Assembly (NCBI GenBank): GCA_963422375.2
Contig: CAXXKD010000001.1
Location: 64,001-128,000, forward strand
Direction: 5' to 3'
DNA length: 64,000 bases
Source of the DNA: Bryobacterales bacterium
Lineage (GTDB): Bacteria > Acidobacteriota > Terriglobia > Bryobacterales > UBA6623
In this document: piece after piece, positions 57,700 to 64,000 of the stretch
Numbering within the stretch: position 1 is the stretch's first letter
How the letters are laid out: every line of letters begins with the position of its first letter
Notes under the pieces: generated by a model
Seen by the model: the letters and a program-made list of their open reading frames with translations, nothing else
Database searches by the model: none
Told to the model about the DNA's origin: nothing
Translations under genes and position numbers: made by a program

Positions 57700-59214
57700 T
57701 CAGCGTGACCGCCCGGCGTTGCGGACCCTATCCAGGTCCCGGCGCAGTTCCGCGGCCTTCGCTTGTCTCGAGACGGCCAGATTGCGACGCTCGCCGGGAT
57801 CCTCGCTGAGGAGGTAGAGCTGCGACGGGTGTTCCTCCGAGGGGCCGAGGATACGCCCCTTGGGGGAGGAGAATCCGCCGCTGCCGTCTCCGAGGATCAG
57901 CTTCCACGGGCCCTTCCGGACGGCGAACAGGCCCGCGAGGCTGTGATGGACGGTGAGCTTGCGCGCATGCGCCCCACTTCCGGTCAGCGCCGGCAGGAGG
58001 CTGTGGCTGTCCTCGCCAGAGCCGTCGGGCATGTCGAAGCCCACGATCTCGCTGAACGTGGCGAAGAGATCCGTCAGGCATACCGTGCGCTGGGAGACCG
58101 CTGCCGGCGGCACGGTGCCGTCCCAGCGGACGACCAAGGGCACTCGGTGACCCGCTTCCCAGGCGTCGGCCTTCAGCCCGCGCCAGGGAGCGTTGGGCAC
58201 ATGCGAATAGAGTTCCGTTACCGTGCGCGTCGCTCCGAAGCTACCGATGCCGCTTCGCGCCGGCGACCCGTTGTCGGAAGTGAAGACCACGACCGTGTTC
58301 TCGATGGTGCCGGTCCTCTCGAGGACCGCGACGACCTTGCCGAGGATCGCGTCCATCTGGTGGACCCAGTCCCCGTAGGGCCCGGCCTCGCTCTTGCCCC
58401 TGTGCTCGGCGCTCGGAACGATGGGAGTATGCGGGCCAAGTAGCGGCATGAACAGGAAGAACGGCGTGTCCGGAGCGGCCGCTCGATCCTCGAGCCACTG
58501 GATCGCCCGTGCGGTGATGGTGGGCTGGGCGGCCCAGAGATCCCATCGGGGCATCATCGGGCCGGCGCGCTGGCCCTTGTTCGCAGGCATCCGGTCGGCC
58601 GGATTGTCGAGCACGCGGTCGTTCTCGATGAACGCGTACGGCGGGAAGTTCGGCACGTCGTCCCCGAAGTAGTAGTCGAATCCGCGGGTGACGGGCCCCT
58701 CCTTGACCGGCCTGGCAAAGTCGATCCGCTGCCCGTAGGTCTCGTAGTTCGGGCCGACGTTGACCCCCTCCAACTCGTCGGAAAGGTAGCCGCCCCCTTG
58801 CACCGGCCAGTCCCAGCCGAGGTGCCACTTGCCAATGCAGGCGGTCGCGTAGCCCTTGGACTGCAGCGCCTTGCCGAGAGTGAGGCGGTCCCGGGCGATG
58901 ACCGGGCCGCCCCAGCTGTTGACAATCCCGACCGGGAGGCGCGACCGCCACGGATACCGGCCGGTGAGCAGGCCGTAGCGCGAGGGCGTGCAAACGGAAG
59001 AAGTCGCGTGCGCGTCGGTGAAGCGCATGCCGCGGGCGGCGAGGGCGTCGATATGAGGTGTCGGGATGCGTGATCGCGGATTGTAGACGCGCGGGTCGCC
59101 AAAGCCCATGTCGTCCGCGAAGACGATGACTAAGTTCGGAAGGCGCGCTGCAGCGGGGGCGAACGCGCCAATCGACAGCAGGAGCGCGCTTGCAGACGTC
59201 AGGCGGCGCAACAC
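57700..59214 (-). CDS. Arylsulfatase A-like exported sulfatase
   Basis: PNLVIVFADDMGFGD, CTPSRYGLLTGRY, GKWHLG, FTSDNG, WEAGHRVP. Confidence 0.93.
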   Translation of the reverse strand: MLRRLTSASALLLSIGAFAPAAARLPNLVIVFADDMGFGDPRVYNPRSRIPTPHIDALAARGMRFTDAHATSSVCTPSRYGLLTGRYPWRSRLPVGIVNSWGGPVIARDRLTLGKALQSKGYATACIGKWHLGWDWPVQGGGYLSDELEGVNVGPNYETYGQRIDFARPVKEGPVTRGFDYYFGDDVPNFPPYAFIENDRVLDNPADRMPANKGQRAGPMMPRWDLWAAQPTITARAIQWLEDRAAAPDTPFFLFMPLLGPHTPIVPSAEHRGKSEAGPYGDWVHQMDAILGKVVAVLERTGTIENTVVVFTSDNGSPARSGIGSFGATRTVTELYSHVPNAPWRGLKADAWEAGHRVPLVVRWDGTVPPAAVSQRTVCLTDLFATFSEIVGFDMPDGSGEDSHSLLPALTGSGAHARKLTVHHSLAGLFAVRKGPWKLILGDGSGGFSSPKGRILGPSEEHPSQLYLLSEDPGERRNLAVSRQAKAAELRRDLDRVRNAGRSR

Positions 59215-59449
59215 GAAATTTCGAGTCTACCAGCGTTTCGCGAGAAGGTCTGAGACGGCCGGCCCCGCGCCGAGCTCCTCGCTTTGCGTCGCGGTTGCAC
59301 CACCGCCGGCGGTGCCGGGAAGGCCATGGCGCCGCGCCGGCGGCCGGTCCTAGCCGAGTCGCGGAACCCGTCGCGAGCGCCGGTTCGGCAGCTTCCGCCG
59401 GGCTTCAGGCGGGTGTCCCTCCGGCAGGGGCGCGATATGATCCTCTTCT

Positions 59450-61351
59450 GTGAGCGAGCCGATCATTCTCACCGTCGCCACTCTCGGCTGCGCGGCGTAC
59501 TTCGCCGCGGCCGTGTACCGGCGTCTCCAGCCTCTGCGGACGGCGAAGGAGCGCAATCTCCGCTTCGACCGGCTGGGCCGGCGCCTGTGGGCGGTGCTCG
59601 CGGAGGTGGTCCTGCAATCCAGAGTGATCCGCGAGCGACCCGCGGCCGGAATCCTGCACGCCCTCGTGATGTGGGGATTCTTCGCTTTCGCGTGGGTCAG
59701 CCTGGAGCACTTCGCCGTCGGATTCCGGGGACTGGATGCGGTCGCCGGCGGCTCCTCTTGGTACGCCGCCTTCGCGGGCGCGTGGGCGGTTGCCGTGCTG
59801 GCCGGAATCCTCGGGCTGAGTTTCCGTCGTTTCGTCCTGCGCCCGCGGGCGCTTGGCGAGAGGCTGTCGGGCAGCTCGGCCCTCGTGGCCTTCCTAATTG
59901 CCGTTCTAATGGCTACCTATCTCGCGGACTGGCTGGCGCTCGAGCCGCCGTCGTCGGCCTGGCGGGCCAACTGGTGGGCGCACACCGCCGCGCTGCTCGG
60001 GATGCTCCTGCTGATTCCGAACTCCAAGCACCTGCATCTCGTGCTCGCTCCTCTAGCGATATTCTTCCGCGGTGACGTAACCAGTTCGGTCCGTGCGCTG
60101 CGCGACGAGGATGACGACGATCTCGGCATGCTCGCCTTTTCCGACCTCTCGCAGAAGGACATCCTCGACTTGAACTCGTGCGTCGAATGCGGGCGCTGCA
60201 CCGAGAGCTGCCCGGCGAACGCGGTCGGCGGCTCGCTCGATCCGAAGAACATCGTCCTGCAGATGCAGAAGGGCCTGCTTGCCGGAGGGGACGTGATCGC
60301 TGCGGACGAGTCGCTCGTCGACAGGGGCGAGGCGTGGGTAAGCGAGCGGGATCTCTACCAGTGCCTGTCCTGCGGCGCCTGCGAGCAGTCCTGCCCCGTC
60401 GGGATCGAGCATGTGGGCCTCAAGATCCTCGACCTGCGCCGCGGCCTGGTCAGCGAGGGACGGACCGCGAGCGACAGGCTGCGGGCCATGTTCACCACGA
60501 TGGAGCGAGCGCCTCACAATGCTTGGGGCGTCTCGCAGCAGGTGCGCCGGAAGCTGCTCGAGACGGAGCGCCTGCCGATCTTCGACAGCAAGTCCGAATG
60601 GCTTTTCTGGCTAGGCTGCGGGTGCAGCTACGACTCGAACGGCCACGGTGTCGTGCGCTCGATGCGAACGATCCTCGATGCCGCGGGCGTTTCGTGGGGC
60701 GTTCTCGCATCCGAGAGCTGCTGCGGAGAGCCCGCGCGCCGCGCCGGGAACGAAGGTATCTACTTCGACCTTTCCGAGAAGGTGATCGGGTCGCTGCGCT
60801 CGCAGGGCGTGAAAAGGATCGTGACGTGCGACCCGCATTGCGCCCGTATGTTCGACGCGGACTACCGCCAGCAGCCGGAGTTTCGGGACTCGGGCATCGA
60901 GGTTCTGCATCACACGGAGCTGCTGGCCCGTCTGGTCGGCTCGCTACCGCTGGAGAGCGCCGCGGGCAAGGTCACCCTGCACGACCCGTGCTACTTGGCG
61001 CGGGGCCGGGGAGTCGTCGAGCAGCCGCGCCAGGTGCTGCGGGCCGCGGGCGCCGATCTGGTGGAAATGCGACGGCACGGCGCGGGCACGTTCTGCTGCG
61101 GGGCCGGCGGCGCCCAGCTGTACATCGCCGACGACAGCGTCGAGCTGCCGGGTGGGCGCGTCAACCACAAGCGATTCGACCAGGCCCGGGCCACCGGCGC
61201 CCGGACGGTCGCCGTGGCTTGTCCCTACTGCGGCATCATGCTCCGCGACGCCGCCGGCCGGGCGGGGCGCGACGATATCCGCGTGGCGGACGTCGCCGAG
61301 CTCGTGGCCGCGGGCCTCGCGCGGCGCGACGGCGCTCCGGCTATCGGTTGA
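59450..61351 (+). CDS. Membrane Fe-S oxidoreductase (FadF/HdrD-like: TM domain, two 4Fe-4S motifs, two CCG domains)
   Basis: N-terminal TMs; CVECGRCTESCP and CLSCGACEQSCP; ESCCGEP, HDPCYLAR, FCCGAGG, ACPYC. Confidence 0.92.
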   Translation: MSEPIILTVATLGCAAYFAAAVYRRLQPLRTAKERNLRFDRLGRRLWAVLAEVVLQSRVIRERPAAGILHALVMWGFFAFAWVSLEHFAVGFRGLDAVAGGSSWYAAFAGAWAVAVLAGILGLSFRRFVLRPRALGERLSGSSALVAFLIAVLMATYLADWLALEPPSSAWRANWWAHTAALLGMLLLIPNSKHLHLVLAPLAIFFRGDVTSSVRALRDEDDDDLGMLAFSDLSQKDILDLNSCVECGRCTESCPANAVGGSLDPKNIVLQMQKGLLAGGDVIAADESLVDRGEAWVSERDLYQCLSCGACEQSCPVGIEHVGLKILDLRRGLVSEGRTASDRLRAMFTTMERAPHNAWGVSQQVRRKLLETERLPIFDSKSEWLFWLGCGCSYDSNGHGVVRSMRTILDAAGVSWGVLASESCCGEPARRAGNEGIYFDLSEKVIGSLRSQGVKRIVTCDPHCARMFDADYRQQPEFRDSGIEVLHHTELLARLVGSLPLESAAGKVTLHDPCYLARGRGVVEQPRQVLRAAGADLVEMRRHGAGTFCCGAGGAQLYIADDSVELPGGRVNHKRFDQARATGARTVAVACPYCGIMLRDAAGRAGRDDIRVADVAELVAAGLARRDGAPAIG

Positions 61352-63527
61352 ACAGGAACGCGTTCGAGTTGATCAGCGCCCAGAGCAGGTCCTGGGCCTT
61401 GGCGGCCCGGCCCGGCGAGGCGCCGATGTAGGTCAATGCTGCGTCGAATTCCTCGGCAGTCGGGAATCGCGCCAGGGACGCGAGGTACAGCTCCTCGATG
61501 AGTTCCCGGTCGCTGCGGCCCGCGAGGATCGCCTGCGCGATGCGACCGTCGGGGCTGGCGATCGCGTCGGCGAGAACCGGCCCGTTCACCAAGCTCATCG
61601 CCAGCGGCAGGCTCAGGTCGTTCCGTCGCTCGCACTCGCAGGGCGACTCCCGCTCCGGCCGCCCGAACGTGTTGAGGAAGCCCCCGGCGTCGACGTGCGG
61701 GTCGGGCAGCTGCTGCGCGCTGAAGTCCTCCGGCACCTCGGGAATGTCCGGCCTTGATCCGGTAGCGATGGTCATCGCGTCCAAGAGCGATTCCGCCGGC
61801 AGGCGGCGCGGCTCGAAGTGGGAGAAGTTGATGCTGTCGCTCTGGTTCCACTCGTTCGTCTCGATGGCCGTCTGGTAGGCCCGCGAGCTGACGATCCTGC
61901 GGATGAGGTGCCGCAGGTCGAACCCGCTGTCCACGAAGTCGCGTTCCAGCGCCGCCAGCAGCGCCGGGTTGGCCGGCGGGTTAGAGCCTCGGATGTCGTC
62001 GACCGGCTCGATGATCCCGCGCCCGAAGAAATAGCTCCAGACGCGATTCGCGATCGCCTGCGCGAAGTACGGGTTCTTCTCGGAGGTCAGCCATTGGGCC
62101 AGGGCCGCGCGGCTGTCCCCGAATGCTCCCACAGGCGGCACGCCGGCCGAGGCGAGCAGGTACTCCGGCTCGACCGGCTTGTTCGTCTTCGGGTGCAGGA
62201 AGTCGGTGTCGTCGCGCTTCAGGTAGACGATCTGCTCGTCGCTGTCGAAGCCCGGTTTCATGCCCACCGCCGCGAAGAAGGCGGCGAGCTGGAAGTACTG
62301 GTTCTGCGTCCAGCGCTCGAAGGGATGGTCGTGACACTGGGCGCAGACCATGCGCACCCCTAGGAACAGCTGCGTGGTGGTCTCCATCGCCAGCTTCGGG
62401 TCGTCGTTGACTCGGAAGTAATTGGCGGCGGGAGTCTGGTAGGTGCTGCCTACCGAGGTGAGCAGCTCGCGCACGAAATCGTCGTACGGCTGGTTGGAAG
62501 CGATCGCGTCCCGGATCCACTGCCGGAAGGCCCACATGCCCTTCTCGCCGAGATGCTTGCGGTTGGACTGCAGCAGGTCGCCCCACTTGAGGGTCCAGTG
62601 GTCGACGTAGCCGCGACTGCCCACCAGCGCGTTGACCAGGCGCGCCCGCTTGGCCTTGGACGTGTCCGGATCCTCGAGAAAGGCGCGGGCCTGCTCGGGG
62701 GTCGGCGGGATGCCCGTCAGGTCGATGTACACCCGCCGCAGGAACGCCGCGTCGCCGGCCTCCTCGGAAGGCTGGATCTTCAGCCGCTTCAGCTTGGCGT
62801 CGATGTGCTCGTCGATGTAGTTGTACTGGGGCGGCTCCCGCCAGGCGAAGCCGGGAGCGGGGTTCAGCACCGTTAGCGGCACGGTGGTGAACTTGCCCTC
62901 GTAGCGCACCATGATGGCGGCCTCCCCGATACGCTCCCCGCGCACCGCGCCGCCATCCACGACCTTGGCCGTGCTGGTGGAGTTGCTCTCCACCACGGCC
63001 AGCTTCGTGACGTCCCGGGTCGATCCGTCCCCGTAGTGGGCGATCACTTCGAGCGCCTGGTCGCGGCCGGGCTCGTCCAGCAGGACCTCCTCGGGCCGGA
63101 CGACCAGCTTGGCCACGCTGTCCATTTCGGGGTCGCCGTACGGCGCGCCCTGCGAGATCCACCGGGCGATTGTCCGGAAGGCGTCCGAGTCCTCGTCGAA
63201 GCGCTGTCCGCCCTCGTGCGGAACGCGCATGGTCGGCTTCGCCAGCATGAGGCTGGCTGCGGGGACCGCGCGATTGAACCGCCGCCCGGACACCTCGAAC
63301 AGCAGGGCGCGGTAGTCGAACTCCGCGTCGTACCCGCGCAGCGACAGCTTGAATCCGTTCTTGCCCTTGGCCGCGCCGTGGCAGGCGCCGGCCGTGCAAC
63401 CGGCGCTGTTGAGGATCGGCATCACGTCGCGCAGGAAGCTGGCGCGGCTCTCCTCGGCGGCTGCGACGGGGCGGCCTAGGGCCGCCAGCACGGCTAGGGT
63501 GGCCAAGAGGCACTGCATTGTCTTCAT
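61341..63527 (-). CDS. DUF1549/DUF1553 protein with an Ig-like domain
   Basis: GCTAGACHG...GFKLSLRG, FLRRVYIDLTGIPPT, CAQCHDHPFERWTQ, CECER, WALINSNAFLFNR. Confidence 0.92.
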   Translation of the reverse strand: MKTMQCLLATLAVLAALGRPVAAAEESRASFLRDVMPILNSAGCTAGACHGAAKGKNGFKLSLRGYDAEFDYRALLFEVSGRRFNRAVPAASLMLAKPTMRVPHEGGQRFDEDSDAFRTIARWISQGAPYGDPEMDSVAKLVVRPEEVLLDEPGRDQALEVIAHYGDGSTRDVTKLAVVESNSTSTAKVVDGGAVRGERIGEAAIMVRYEGKFTTVPLTVLNPAPGFAWREPPQYNYIDEHIDAKLKRLKIQPSEEAGDAAFLRRVYIDLTGIPPTPEQARAFLEDPDTSKAKRARLVNALVGSRGYVDHWTLKWGDLLQSNRKHLGEKGMWAFRQWIRDAIASNQPYDDFVRELLTSVGSTYQTPAANYFRVNDDPKLAMETTTQLFLGVRMVCAQCHDHPFERWTQNQYFQLAAFFAAVGMKPGFDSDEQIVYLKRDDTDFLHPKTNKPVEPEYLLASAGVPPVGAFGDSRAALAQWLTSEKNPYFAQAIANRVWSYFFGRGIIEPVDDIRGSNPPANPALLAALERDFVDSGFDLRHLIRRIVSSRAYQTAIETNEWNQSDSINFSHFEPRRLPAESLLDAMTIATGSRPDIPEVPEDFSAQQLPDPHVDAGGFLNTFGRPERESPCECERRNDLSLPLAMSLVNGPVLADAIASPDGRIAQAILAGRSDRELIEELYLASLARFPTAEEFDAALTYIGASPGRAAKAQDLLWALINSNAFLFNR

Positions 63528-64000
63528 TTCGATAGGCTCCCGGGCGGCAGCCGCGCCGTCCCAATTGTATCCGTGTCCCCGATGACCAGGACCGTCTCGA
63601 CGGGCGGGATGTTGTATGGCACCGCCTCCTTGCCCCGGCCGGCTAGGACCGAGCGCGGCGCGATCTCCACGGCGTACTCGCCGGGTTCCGCCGCCGCTCC
63701 GGCCCGGCACTGCAGCGCGTAGCGCTCCGGGCTGCCGCCGACGCCCTGGCTGTCGCAGGACACGCCCGGGGGTAGGTTGATCGCTTCCACCACGACCTCG
63801 GAATCGAACTCCGGCTCGCGCGAGAAGCGGCCGGCAATCTCGAACGCGGCTCCGGGGCGCGCCGCGACCGGCCCGTCCGGGGCGCCGACGTCGTACCCTT
63901 GCACGATGTCCACCACGATGGCAGGCGAATGGATGGTGTGCGCGACTCCCTCGTGGCGCACGCGGGCTTCCAGCACGAGGTCGAAGCGCATGGCCGGGGT
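63524..64000 (-). CDS. C-terminal part of a beta-rich exported protein (possibly PPC-domain type), truncated by the window edge
   Basis: Open frame overlapping the DUF1549 start by 4 bp; NLPPGV motif; position typical of such clusters. Confidence 0.55.
   Translation of the reverse strand, partial: TPAMRFDLVLEARVRHEGVAHTIHSPAIVVDIVQGYDVGAPDGPVAARPGAAFEIAGRFSREPEFDSEVVVEAINLPPGVSCDSQGVGGSPERYALQCRAGAAAEPGEYAVEIAPRSVLAGRGKEAVPYNIPPVETVLVIGDTDTIGTARLPPGSLSK

Noticed and set aside
1..64000. CRISPR array, tRNA or rRNA
   Set aside because: No regularly spaced repeat-spacer units or recognisable tRNA/rRNA motifs were seen in the intergenic regions by eye; a covariance-model scan was not possible.

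Overview
GC-rich bacterial chromosomal segment. The gene set (Acidobacteria-type TonB-dependent receptor, S8 protease with a TIGR03437-like tail, several DUF1549/1553, DUF1592/1552 and DUF1501 modules, three sulfatases) suggests Acidobacteriota, Bryobacterales-like; this is inference. It carries housekeeping and metabolic genes (bshA, proC, uxaC, uxaE, hisS, an rpsA-like S1 gene, eno, ribBA-like) and two mobile-element-rich islands. Island 1 (16.6-20.0 kb) has three copies of a 259-bp MITE, one interrupted by an IS630 element, plus NHL-repeat, DUF4338 and duplicated TPR gene fragments. Island 2 (46.8-52.6 kb) has a broken IS30, two inverted IS1595 copies and a decayed IS630, all inserted in an AT-rich relic sequence. 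Most notable: every MITE copy carries a pair of NrdR-box-like sites 32 bp apart; island 2 shows localized GC-to-AT drift; many genes look leaderless; there is an ECF sigma module with a candidate promoter motif; and the RibBA GTP cyclohydrolase II domain appears catalytically dead. No rRNA, tRNA or CRISPR array was seen. All family assignments come from motif recognition by eye, not database searches.
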